Source: a phage. From it: a stretch of DNA of 64,000 nt. Below the pieces are notes generated by a model that was not told the origin of the DNA, searched no databases, and saw only the letters and a list, made by a program, of their open reading frames with translations. This document shows, one piece after another, positions 9,167 to 17,681 of this stretch (position 1 is its first letter; each line of letters opens with the position of its first letter). The DNA lies in the sequence record PZ386957.1; one strand, given 5' to 3'. The translations under genes were made by a program, and so were the position numbers.

Positions 9167-9460
9167 TTATAAAATAATTTTTTGATATTTTTCTATGATG
9201 TTTGTGTAGGTCACGTCAACCGCTAGCACCGTTGCTTCGAATCCACCGTTTAACCAATGGCTATGATCATGGTCGTGAAAGAAACCTAGACCAGTACGAA
9301 GACCTTCTTTATATTCTGCGCGTACATTCAGTTTGTCGTCGATAAACAGATAAAACCATGAATTTTTACTAGGATTGATGATACAACCTTTCAGATTAGG
9401 GAGAATATCACGACTAAGAATAAACTTATCACCTACTTTGAACATAATATTAGTCCTCAC
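9167..9460 (-). CDS. H-x-H-W family small protein (paralog 2)
   Basis: ...HDHDHSHWL...VLAVDVT... Confidence 0.5.
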   Translation of the reverse strand: MRTNIMFKVGDKFILSRDILPNLKGCIINPSKNSWFYLFIDDKLNVRAEYKEGLRTGLGFFHDHDHSHWLNGGFEATVLAVDVTYTNIIEKYQKIIL

Positions 9461-9770
9461 TTATAAGGTCAAACCAATTGTTTTTCGCATAATGCTTAAT
9501 GCGTGCTTGATCTGCTTCCGATGGTGATAGATTCCATGCAACCACTACAACTTCTGACGCATCGTCATCCGTTTCTGATACCCAATGATTGTGATTCATA
9601 CAGTTATTTGCTATCGAGTGAGCAAATGATTTCATCACTGGAGACGTATAATCATAGTAACGGATTTTCAGATTTTCATCAACGTACAAATAGATCGTAT
9701 AAGGTTTATATTCAGTAACCAGTAACAGACAGTTACGCAATTCTGGGAAAATATTTTTAGTTAATTTCAT
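9450..9770 (-). CDS. H-x-H-W family small protein (paralog 3, divergent)
   Basis: ...NHNHWVSE...VVVVAWNLSPSEADQ... Confidence 0.45.
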   Translation of the reverse strand: MKLTKNIFPELRNCLLLVTEYKPYTIYLYVDENLKIRYYDYTSPVMKSFAHSIANNCMNHNHWVSETDDDASEVVVVAWNLSPSEADQARIKHYAKNNWFDLISED

Positions 9771-9984
9771 ATTCTAGTTCTCCGTAATACACGGTAATCC
9801 ATTTTTCTTCATACTTTGTATCTTTCCAACACACAATCCCGTTTACTGTGCAATCTTTGGAATTGACGAATGATTCATATTGTTCTGCATCTTCCATCAT
9901 TGCATGAGCGGTCTTTTCATCGAATATATCGCAGATCGCTTTATATGCTCGATAATCTTTAAATTTGCTCATAATTAAGACCAC
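9757..9984 (-). CDS. hypothetical small protein, tandem duplicate A
   Basis: MSKFKDYRAYKAICDIF...; near-identical N-terminus to the next ORF. Confidence 0.45.
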   Translation of the reverse strand: MVLIMSKFKDYRAYKAICDIFDEKTAHAMMEDAEQYESFVNSKDCTVNGIVCWKDTKYEEKWITVYYGELEYEIN

Positions 9985-10184
9985 TCAAGAGTTTTTGAAA
10001 ACACATCTATCCATTGTTGAGTATATGCGGTTTCTTTCCATGATACAATACCAGTCGAATAATGGTTTTTGTTTCCAGAAAAGGACGGGCATTTTGAGGC
10101 ATCTTCCATCATCTTTTCGGCGAACTCTGGTTCGTATACTCGCAAGATCTGTTGATATGCTTTATAATCTTTAAATTTGCTCAT
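9975..10184 (-). CDS. hypothetical small protein, tandem duplicate B
   Basis: MSKFKDYKAYQQILRVY...MMEDA...; paralog of 9757..9984. Confidence 0.45.
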   Translation of the reverse strand: MSKFKDYKAYQQILRVYEPEFAEKMMEDASKCPSFSGNKNHYSTGIVSWKETAYTQQWIDVFSKTLEWS

Positions 10185-10449
10185 AATTGTTAACTACCTT
10201 ATCAGCTTCTTTTATTGTTTTTACATCAACTGCGATAATCCGTAAAGGTTCGTCGAAGGTCCACCAATGATCGTGAATATCGGCTTGTGATTTATCACCA
10301 AAGGAATCACGAATATCATTTTTACATTTATAGCCAATGTGACCTTCATAGTCAACATAAAGGTAATTATCGAAAATCGGCGTTTTTAAGATCATACCGA
10401 AAAATCTTTCTTTGTGTGTCTTATCCAGTGTTGCAGTAATTCTCATCAT
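10171..10449 (-). CDS. H-x-H-W family small protein (paralog 4)
   Basis: ...DIHDHWW...IIAVDVKTIKEADK... Confidence 0.5.
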   Translation of the reverse strand: MMRITATLDKTHKERFFGMILKTPIFDNYLYVDYEGHIGYKCKNDIRDSFGDKSQADIHDHWWTFDEPLRIIAVDVKTIKEADKVVNNYEQI

Positions 10450-10705
10450 AATATATTCCTCTTAGAAAGGGATGGTCATTTCTTGAGCTTGTACATTCTC
10501 GTTAGGATTAAACTTCATCCAACCGATATTGTCTACCAGCATATGCACATTTTTATCATATCCTACGTGAGTAGTCAACACTAAATGTGTTTTACCTTCA
10601 ACGATGATTTCCATGTACTTCTGAACTTCGATAGCTTTCATTTTGATTCTCCGTTTGTTGTCTTGATGGGAGTATCTTACTACTCCCTTTAATCATTGTC
10701 AACTA

Positions 10706-10873
10706 TTATTTGTTAATTTCCGGTGCGTTGCTCGGATAGTAACCTTCTTTAACACCCAGATATTTCGCAACCATTCCGGTGATCTTCTGTGCTACTACGA
10801 TATCGAATTTCAGGTAGTCTTCACCGTGGTTTGCTACAATGTATGCTTCGCATTCTGCTTTAGTCTGGAACAT
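10706..10873 (-). CDS. hypothetical small protein (start trimmed to internal Met)
   Basis: The ORF-track N-terminus (MHTYQRDIGES) is a translation of the conserved promoter/leader; the likely start is MFQTK after the SD. Confidence 0.35.
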   Translation of the reverse strand: MFQTKAECEAYIVANHGEDYLKFDIVVAQKITGMVAKYLGVKEGYYPSNAPEINK

Positions 10874-10907
10874 TTTTGATTCTCCTATATCTCGTTGGTA
10901 TGTGTGC

Positions 10908-10936
10908 ATTATAGGGGATCACCGATCCCCTGTCAA
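10908..10936 (-). promoter_or_regulatory. early promoter with palindromic spacer (TTGACA-GGGGATCggtGATCCCC-TATAAT)
   Basis: Upstream of ORF 10706..10873. Confidence 0.7.
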
Positions 10937-10943
10937 CAACTTT

Positions 10944-11252
10944 TTATTCTTCATCTTCAACTTTATCTTTATATGCGTATTTCATAAATTTGTCTGCTAC
11001 TTTGTCGGCCTTTTCTGGTTTGACGTCTGACGCCAGGACAATGGCTAGATCGGTTTCGTCGTTCCCACCATACCAGTGATTATGTGTGTCGTTTTCATCA
11101 ATATAGAATTTATCACCTTCGTAAGTTCGAGCAAATACATCTAAATTCCCATCGATGTAAAAGATCCAATCTTCGTAAAGAATAACCGTATTAGCAAGGT
11201 TCTTGTTGCCTTCAACGAAAGGTTCGGTTACAAACAAATTGGTACGTTCCAT
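10944..11252 (-). CDS. H-x-H-W family small protein (paralog 5)
   Basis: ...NDTHNHWYGG...AIVLASDVKPEKADK... Confidence 0.5.
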   Translation of the reverse strand: MERTNLFVTEPFVEGNKNLANTVILYEDWIFYIDGNLDVFARTYEGDKFYIDENDTHNHWYGGNDETDLAIVLASDVKPEKADKVADKFMKYAYKDKVEDEE

Positions 11253-11308
11253 AATATTATCCTCAAATTATGGGAGAGTATTACCCTCCCAATGATTGTT
11301 ATATTACA

Positions 11309-11629
11309 TTACACAAAATGGCGTGTCAATGCTTCTTTTGCTGTTCCGCTAAGACTTTCGATCTCGCCTGGCATAACATCAACTGCCAGAACTTCTACAA
11401 CATCCTCGGACCATAACCAGTGAGTATGACCTTTGTAGAACTTGATAACCAGACTACCTTCCTCGTCCCATTTAACGCTATCGCTAGCCCACCACACATC
11501 ACCGTCGATAAAGTTGATGTAAAGTACGCTACGCCACATAGAATTAGTTACTTTTAGGACCGCGCCTTTCATCTCTTCCACGGTGTGGTCTTCCATTTTG
11601 AAGACCTCGCCTACCTGAACTTTTGCCAT
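11309..11629 (-). CDS. H-x-H-W family small protein (paralog 6)
   Basis: ...KGHTHWLWSED...VLAVDVMPGE... Confidence 0.5.
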   Translation of the reverse strand: MAKVQVGEVFKMEDHTVEEMKGAVLKVTNSMWRSVLYINFIDGDVWWASDSVKWDEEGSLVIKFYKGHTHWLWSEDVVEVLAVDVMPGEIESLSGTAKEALTRHFV

Positions 11630-11646
11630 TTAGTCACCTCTCTTTA

Positions 11647-11826
11647 TTACATAACAATCACGCCAGCCGTTGAAAGTTGATGTTTCAGTTGAGCATTTTC
11701 TGCTACCGTCAAATCAATGATTTCTTGTGACGCTGCAATCATATAACCATTGGTGATATTGTTTTGCATCAGTTCAATGGTTTCTTCGTTGTAGCGGATT
11801 TTAGCGATGATTTCGTTGAAGTTCAT
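11647..11826 (-). CDS. hypothetical small protein (start trimmed to internal Met)
   Basis: The ORF-track N-terminus (HTYRNELGES) is promoter-leader read-through; the likely start is MNFNEI after SD AGGAGAA. Confidence 0.35.
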   Translation of the reverse strand: MNFNEIIAKIRYNEETIELMQNNITNGYMIAASQEIIDLTVAENAQLKHQLSTAGVIVM

Positions 11827-11860
11827 AATTGATTCTCCTAGTTCGTTTCGGTATGTGTGT

Positions 11861-11889
11861 AGTATAGGGGATCGGTGATCCCCTGTCAA
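11861..11889 (-). promoter_or_regulatory. early promoter with palindromic spacer (TTGACA-GGGGATCaccGATCCCC-TATACT)
   Basis: Upstream of ORF 11647..11826. Confidence 0.7.
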
Positions 11890-11902
11890 CAACTTTTTTG
11901 AA

Positions 11903-12379
11903 TTATTTTTCTTGATGCTCGCGCTCATACTTTTCGAAATAAAATTCTACTGGCTGGTCGTGGATTGACAGTAAGCCAAAGCGTTTAGCCGCGCGTAATC
12001 CCATGTTACGTTGAATGTACTTCTGGAAGTTCTCGCGTATACACTTACGCCAGTATTCTAAGCCCATACAGCTTTTATAAAGATTGCATTGCACACACGA
12101 CGGATTCATGTTATCAAGTATATCATGTTCCGGTTTATGCATTCCTACAACCTTATACTTCCACGATCCATCATCATTACGGGAAATTCGTCCATTTTCA
12201 TCATAGACTACTTTTGAGCGTCGCAATACTGGTTTGATGTGGTCTGCGTGCCAGCGATCCCCTAGTTCCTCGCCACAATAGGCACAACGTCCACCGTATT
12301 TCATTTTCAGGATCTGGCGTTGCTCTTTCTTTGACAATTTTTTAGGTTTAGGGGCTTTCGCCCCTTCATTATCACACAT
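11903..12379 (-). CDS. HNH endonuclease-like zinc-binding protein
   Basis: CAYCGEEL...HADHIKP...CVQCNLYK, a classical HNH beta-beta-alpha-metal motif; overlaps the ligase stop. Confidence 0.6.
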   Translation of the reverse strand: MCDNEGAKAPKPKKLSKKEQRQILKMKYGGRCAYCGEELGDRWHADHIKPVLRRSKVVYDENGRISRNDDGSWKYKVVGMHKPEHDILDNMNPSCVQCNLYKSCMGLEYWRKCIRENFQKYIQRNMGLRAAKRFGLLSIHDQPVEFYFEKYEREHQEK

Positions 12380-13874
12380 CGAATACCTCTTTTACTGTAT
12401 TTGCAGTTGTCTTATCGTAGCGAATACGTTTGATGATTGGGAGAAATAACGAGAACTCCGGTTCATCTTCTTTACGTGACTTGCTGCGAATATACCCGTT
12501 ACATGTCATCTCAATGACTTTTCCAATCAGGTTATGACGATCAGACCATAGCATTTCTCGGTCTAGTTCATTTCGACGGTCAAACGGAATCACACGTTCA
12601 ATACCATCATCACCTTTTTCGGTTGTAGTGTCGGTTAATCCCGATCCGGTATTAGTCATCATTCGTCCACACGCACTACGGACAGTAAAACCGCCTACCT
12701 TATTAGGATCTTTACTATGCGGATATACATCAACAATTTCCGCATCGAAGTCAATCACTTCTTTAAATTTGACCTGATCTTTACTGCGACGATCTTCAAA
12801 TACGCCATGTAAATTTTTAAGGATAATGCCTTCTAAGCCCATGTTTACATAGCGATGATATACTTCGCGAGCTTCATCGATATTGTTAACTACAGTATTT
12901 TCGATTATCTGAACACGAGGATCGTTGAGTTCGTCAACAATCTGTTTTAGTTCTTCGAATCGATCTTTATATTGCTTCGTTGCTTTCTCATTTCCGTAGT
13001 ACACATCACGGTCGATAACATCCCAGACAGTGTAAACAATACACTGGGCTTCTTCTTTTGGAATAGTTCCTTTCAGTGATTTGTTGAGGATACCATTTCC
13101 GGTCTGACGATCTGCAACAACGGATTCTTTAACCGCTTCCGCTACTGGCGTTAATGGCATTTCCTCTTCTTCAAATATCCATGACAGAGTACCATCATAA
13201 ACGCTCTCAACGAAGTTCTGTGCTGGTGTTTGCGAAAGGGTAGGCATATATACCAATTCGCCATCTAGAACAATTCCACGGCCTCGTAGACGCTCTAAAA
13301 CAGCAAACAAATCATCAAGCCCCTGATAGGTATTGCCTGAACGGGTATAGATTGCTAATGTTTCCCCGTCAATGTCAGCCATCCCACGAGCGCCATCACT
13401 TTTAAGTTGTGCATACGCCGGATATTTGATATTAGCAATAGTCTTATCAGAATATGACGATGCAAGGTGACATGGTTGCTGAGGAATCAGTTTCTTCCAT
13501 ACCTTGTTTGCGGTAGTAGCGGAACAACCGCACTCCAGATCACGATTCAGGACCATCATTGCAACTTTAGCATCATCTTCTGACAAGCAAGTCAGAGTAT
13601 CGGTAACTAGCTGTAATGCAGCATTGCCAGTTACTTGACGCGTGGCAAGTTTATTTTTAAAGACCTGTAATGCACCGGATAAAGACAATACAGATGAATA
13701 ACGAGAAGGTTTATCGTATTTCTTTACGCCAAACGTAACCTGTTTGCAATATGCCAGATAAAAGCATTCTTTCAGCGTTTCATTGCTTGCAGATTCTTTC
13801 AGAATCTTTTCTTTCAGCGATGTTTTGTCCGTTGCCGAAAGCTGATTAATGATATTAAGAATTGACATTTTCAC
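12372..13874 (-). CDS. 30: ATP-dependent DNA ligase gp30
   Basis: 500 aa (T4 gp30 487 aa); adenylation motif KSDGARG (KxDG). Confidence 0.85.
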   Translation of the reverse strand: MKMSILNIINQLSATDKTSLKEKILKESASNETLKECFYLAYCKQVTFGVKKYDKPSRYSSVLSLSGALQVFKNKLATRQVTGNAALQLVTDTLTCLSEDDAKVAMMVLNRDLECGCSATTANKVWKKLIPQQPCHLASSYSDKTIANIKYPAYAQLKSDGARGMADIDGETLAIYTRSGNTYQGLDDLFAVLERLRGRGIVLDGELVYMPTLSQTPAQNFVESVYDGTLSWIFEEEEMPLTPVAEAVKESVVADRQTGNGILNKSLKGTIPKEEAQCIVYTVWDVIDRDVYYGNEKATKQYKDRFEELKQIVDELNDPRVQIIENTVVNNIDEAREVYHRYVNMGLEGIILKNLHGVFEDRRSKDQVKFKEVIDFDAEIVDVYPHSKDPNKVGGFTVRSACGRMMTNTGSGLTDTTTEKGDDGIERVIPFDRRNELDREMLWSDRHNLIGKVIEMTCNGYIRSKSRKEDEPEFSLFLPIIKRIRYDKTTANTVKEVFDV

Positions 13875-14334
13875 CTCGTTTTGTTAAACGTTCACGAATA
13901 TCATTGAGGATACTACAAAATTCTGATTCAGTCAATATAGTCTTTAATGGATCTGTTCCACCTATACTGTGACGCAATTTCTTATTTCCTGTAGCAAGCA
14001 ATGCTTTACAAAAATCTGGGTTATTCCGTGCCATCGTAACAAATGCCAGATGTACCAGTCTGTAATAATGCTCACTCATTCGATGAATCGGGCGACCCTG
14101 AAAATATAACATGTGATTCTCTATCTTTTCAGTCCTTCCGGTTCTTTTTGCTTTGCCACCGTGCATCAAAAAGATTTCTCTTTGTCTCTGAGGGTTCTTA
14201 AATCTTAACCCCTGTAAAAATCCTTCTGTGCTGTTAATATCGCAACCAAATAGACGGAATGGTCTTTTATTGAAATTACTCAACTCACCCGATGGATAAG
14301 GTCCACCAGCATAGATATCAATTTCAGAAGTCAT
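13855..14334 (-). CDS. NADAR (YbiA-like, DUF1768) domain protein
   Basis: LSNFNKRP ... STEGFLQGLRF ... ALLATGNKKL resemble the YbiA/NADAR motifs; 159 aa. Confidence 0.5.
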   Translation of the reverse strand: MTSEIDIYAGGPYPSGELSNFNKRPFRLFGCDINSTEGFLQGLRFKNPQRQREIFLMHGGKAKRTGRTEKIENHMLYFQGRPIHRMSEHYYRLVHLAFVTMARNNPDFCKALLATGNKKLRHSIGGTDPLKTILTESEFCSILNDIRERLTKRGENVNS

Positions 14335-14570
14335 TGAAACTAATCTCGCTAATCAGAGAGAACGGATCATAATCGTCATGAGGAATATCGATAGTAATCG
14401 AATGAGGATTTACCCATACACCAAACTGGTCTTCTTCGGTGAATACTTCGGTATGAATTTCGTGGATGTTTACATTCATAGTTTTCATAATAAAAATTCC
14501 TTAATAATCAATAACTTACAAAATCATATAGCCAAAATATAGGCGGGATTATTTCCCGCCGTTTAAATCA

Positions 14571-14894
14571 TTAACCGTAAACTACCACAATATTCTGTTT
14601 GTGCGTTACAGTCCATTTCAGGTCGATCTCTTCTTCCTTCTTAACGCCGTTAATAACGTCTGGATGAGGAACTTTATTAAGTTTGCCATGAGGAAGCAGT
14701 ACAATTTTACCCAGCAATTCTTTATCTACATTCTCGCCAATATCAATGATTTTACCTACTAGCGGAATCTCACCCATAGTGCGCTTTTGCTCAATGATAA
14801 TACCCATAGAGCTTTTAACTTCGGTTCCTGCGCTTTCTGCTTTAGCTTCGATAATTACATAATCACCAAGTGCTTTAGGAGTTTTAACGGTCAT
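14571..14894 (-). CDS. 31: co-chaperonin gp31 (GroES-like)
   Basis: 107 aa (T4 gp31 111 aa) with a GroES-like mobile-loop region; located between 30 and cd as in T4. Confidence 0.7.
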   Translation of the reverse strand: MTVKTPKALGDYVIIEAKAESAGTEVKSSMGIIIEQKRTMGEIPLVGKIIDIGENVDKELLGKIVLLPHGKLNKVPHPDVINGVKKEEEIDLKWTVTHKQNIVVVYG

Positions 14895-14935
14895 AATTTT
14901 ATTACCTCTTCAAATCAATACAGTTTAATGATGAA

Positions 14936-15256
14936 TTATTTATAAATTTCGACGATCTGCGCTGGAGCCAATCCGTCTACGTGAATCAGTGTATCAAGCC
15001 CGAAGCTACGAAAACCTTCAACTGCAATTTCATATACTGGCAAAGATGTTTCTGATTCTTTACGCGGTTTTTCAACATTCGGAACTAACCATTTTTCGTA
15101 TGTTTCAAATGGCATCAATGCTGGATCGCGAGTAGCAATCATATCTCGGACAGTACCATCTTTCTTAGTAAACTGTAAAGCGTGAGTACCTACCGAAAAC
15201 ATTTTCTTTAGTGCTTCACGAAGTACGATATTATCAATTTGTTCAATCATTATCAA
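14936..15256 (-). CDS. hypothetical protein
   Basis: 106 aa ORF between cd and 31. Confidence 0.4.
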   Translation of the reverse strand: MIMIEQIDNIVLREALKKMFSVGTHALQFTKKDGTVRDMIATRDPALMPFETYEKWLVPNVEKPRKESETSLPVYEIAVEGFRSFGLDTLIHVDGLAPAQIVEIYK

Positions 15257-15770
15257 TACCCTTCAAATCAGTCAATAATGCTTTTGGAATACGCGTAACC
15301 GTAATGTCGGCTTTATACAAAATATCAGCCCAATCACGCCCACCATTTCGGTCGTATGTATCGCAATAGTATAGATGTTTAATGCCACTGTTTGCAATTG
15401 CTTTAGCGCAATCTGGGCATGGTGAAGCAGTACACCACATACTAGCGCCTTCAATCGATACACCGCTACGGGCAGCAAACAAAATAGCATTTAATTCAGC
15501 GTGGATCTCGTTTTTATGCGACCATGCGCTATGTTCCGGTCGTTTTGCTGGGATCATGTTGCCGTCATCATCCAGCCATCCGCTTTTATGTGCATGACAG
15601 CTACAGTTTTCTTGCCCTGCTGGAGTGCCATTAAATCCGGTAGAAATGATTCGCCCGTCTTTTTCAATCAGTGCGCCTACCTTCCACGAAACACATTTAG
15701 AGTTCTTTGCGATCAGATAGGCGATCTGCATGTAAGTTTGTGATAACATAATATAATCCTCACTTATCAT
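15243..15770 (-). CDS. cd: dCMP deaminase
   Basis: Zinc-binding deaminase motifs HAELNAI and PCPDCAKAI; 175 aa. Confidence 0.85.
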   Translation of the reverse strand: MISEDYIMLSQTYMQIAYLIAKNSKCVSWKVGALIEKDGRIISTGFNGTPAGQENCSCHAHKSGWLDDDGNMIPAKRPEHSAWSHKNEIHAELNAILFAARSGVSIEGASMWCTASPCPDCAKAIANSGIKHLYYCDTYDRNGGRDWADILYKADITVTRIPKALLTDLKGIDND

Positions 15771-15974
15771 TTAACCGTATACGCGAAAGTATTCTACGGA
15801 CCCGTCGCTATACTGTTTTACATTGAATGTATTCACACCATGATTATTGCTCATGATGACATATACACTACGACGTTCATCGCTAAACGGCATAACTGGT
15901 GCTGGTTCAATCTCAACATTAAAACCACGTTTAGCAAGTGCTTCGCCTAATTGCTTGATTTTATCGGTAAACAT
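15771..15974 (-). CDS. hypothetical protein
   Basis: 67 aa ORF tightly packed between cd and pseT. Confidence 0.4.
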   Translation of the reverse strand: MFTDKIKQLGEALAKRGFNVEIEPAPVMPFSDERRSVYVIMSNNHGVNTFNVKQYSDGSVEYFRVYG

Positions 15975-16852
15975 TAAAAGTCTCCGTAGTTAACCTGAAA
16001 ACATTCTACACCGATTGCGCGGTACATGTCAACCACTTGATCACGGTCATCTACTGCCAAAACAACATGATAACGCGGTGCAATTTCAGAGAAGAAAATC
16101 TCTTTCTTAACTTCATGGTCCGGTCGGCGATCATTAGTTTCACGCTGAAAGTGATCACTAGGTTCGATCCCTTGTTCACGCAACCATTGCAGCGTATCTT
16201 CTTCGCAAATGTCCTCACGTCCAGAACATGTAATGATCCGATAACCATTATCACGATACAGTTTAAGCATTTCGATAACCTGCGGACGTGGTTTATCTTC
16301 TTTGACCTTTGTCCAGTCAAAAGGATGACGATCGCCCTTATCCGCTAATGTCCCATCAATATCAAAGATCACTGCTTTCGGCAGCATGGTATTCGGTTTG
16401 TATACTTCTTGACCCATATATTCCTGCATCAGATAAAATTGGTTGCGCAGATTGGAAAGCGGAATTGCTTTCTCTCCACGATAGAAATTACGTTTCTTTA
16501 GTGTCTCAAATGATTCATTGAATACTTGTTCAGTATACACTGCGTCAAATTCTTTTGCAAGTTCTTTATAGAACACTCGATGTTTTTCTTTCAGGTTAGT
16601 ATCAGAGATAATGATACTTAATCCGCGTGATAGAGTCTCGCGAGCAATCATTCTCTGTACAGACTCTACCAGCTTTTCTTTTTCTTTAGTGTATTTGTAT
16701 TTCAGAAGCGAATCAACACCAAACAACATAAGACGCAGGTCATCACGATTTACATTACGATAATTACTAAACCGTTTACACGTTTCCATCGCCCAGGTGG
16801 ATTTACCGGACCCAGAACAACCAACGGTTAAAATCACTTCACATTTCGACAT
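15974..16852 (-). CDS. pseT: polynucleotide 5'-kinase / 3'-phosphatase
   Basis: N-terminal P-loop GCSGSGKST (kinase) and HAD-type DIDGTLA (phosphatase); 292 aa (T4 PseT 301 aa). Confidence 0.85.
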   Translation of the reverse strand: MSKCEVILTVGCSGSGKSTWAMETCKRFSNYRNVNRDDLRLMLFGVDSLLKYKYTKEKEKLVESVQRMIARETLSRGLSIIISDTNLKEKHRVFYKELAKEFDAVYTEQVFNESFETLKKRNFYRGEKAIPLSNLRNQFYLMQEYMGQEVYKPNTMLPKAVIFDIDGTLADKGDRHPFDWTKVKEDKPRPQVIEMLKLYRDNGYRIITCSGREDICEEDTLQWLREQGIEPSDHFQRETNDRRPDHEVKKEIFFSEIAPRYHVVLAVDDRDQVVDMYRAIGVECFQVNYGDF

Positions 16853-17319
16853 TATTTCTCCTTCGGTTTACACCGTTCCTCGTTAAGTTCTTTTCGATAA
16901 TAACACATGATCATCTTACTTTCAAGTGTATATCTCTTAATATCCGCTAGCCATATTCTGAACTTTTGGGAATCTTCCCAACTCATCATGACCATTGCTT
17001 TTCCTCGTATTGTATCCACTTTCAGATCAATGTCAACTGGTTCTACTGGTGCTGGTAATACCGGATGCATTGCCGGATCTGCTGTATAGTGAGGAAGTGA
17101 ACATGAAGACAGAAGAAGCACTAACGGAATAGCAAATGAATGGATGATAGCAATTTTAACTCCTTTCTGAGTATTGCGAAAAATGTAATACACTATCCGT
17201 AAAGCAACGACCATTAGGAATAACGCACATACCCCGACCCCCAATTTCTCCGCAAGGTTAAATCCTTGTATCTCGCTGAATGATGGAAGACCATTCCATA
17301 GATCACTAAGAAAGTTCAT
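16852..17319 (-). CDS. membrane/lipoprotein, possible o-spanin-containing ORF (pseT.2-like position)
   Basis: Hydrophobic segment followed by lipobox-like LLLSSCS; adjacent to the putative i-spanin and to pseT, as for T4 spanins. Confidence 0.35.
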   Translation of the reverse strand: MNFLSDLWNGLPSFSEIQGFNLAEKLGVGVCALFLMVVALRIVYYIFRNTQKGVKIAIIHSFAIPLVLLLSSCSLPHYTADPAMHPVLPAPVEPVDIDLKVDTIRGKAMVMMSWEDSQKFRIWLADIKRYTLESKMIMCYYRKELNEERCKPKEK

Positions 17320-17639
17320 TGTGTGATCTCCTTAATCTCTTTGGTAAATTCTTTAAATGATTCATTGAGTTTAGGTTCTACCAACTTAGGTTTCTTTGCG
17401 ACAATATCACCCCTTACAGCGTCTTTAATCGCCTGATTTTGTTCCGATACAAAATTACTTCTGATATCGTTTATTTCTTTCTGTAAGCCGTCTAAAACCT
17501 TTAATTTTTCATTAGTCTGTTTACGGTATTCTGTGAACTCCTGATTCAGTCGTTCTACCTCCTGTTTATTTTCCCACCACATATTTCCCATGAAGCCTAA
17601 AATCAAAGACACCAAAACCACATAAACGATTTTTATCAT
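17316..17639 (-). CDS. membrane-anchored coiled-coil protein, possible i-spanin (pseT.3-like position)
   Basis: N-terminal TM segment MIKIVYVVLVSLILGFMGNMWW followed by charged coiled-coil sequence. Confidence 0.4.
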   Translation of the reverse strand: MIKIVYVVLVSLILGFMGNMWWENKQEVERLNQEFTEYRKQTNEKLKVLDGLQKEINDIRSNFVSEQNQAIKDAVRGDIVAKKPKLVEPKLNESFKEFTKEIKEITQ

Positions 17640-17681
17640 AGTACCCCCAACGACAAAAGGCGGGGCAAGCCCCGCTTATTA

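Noticed and set aside
10874-10909. N-terminal extensions of several small ORFs that begin MHTYQRDIGES / HTYRNELGES (also 11827..11928, 48981..49046)
   Set aside because: These residues are the translation of the conserved promoter -10/leader block (cataccgaaacgaactaggagaatcaaa). The real start is the Met just after the AGGAGA Shine-Dalgarno, so the coordinates were trimmed.
12346-12362. Hairpin GGGGCtttcGCCCC inside the 5' end of the HNH ORF (11903..12379) as a terminator making the HNH ORF spurious
   Set aside because: The hairpin could be the ligase terminator, but the HNH ORF has an intact, well-spaced HNH zinc-binding motif downstream. More likely the HNH start is an internal Met (MKYGGRC...) than that the gene is spurious.
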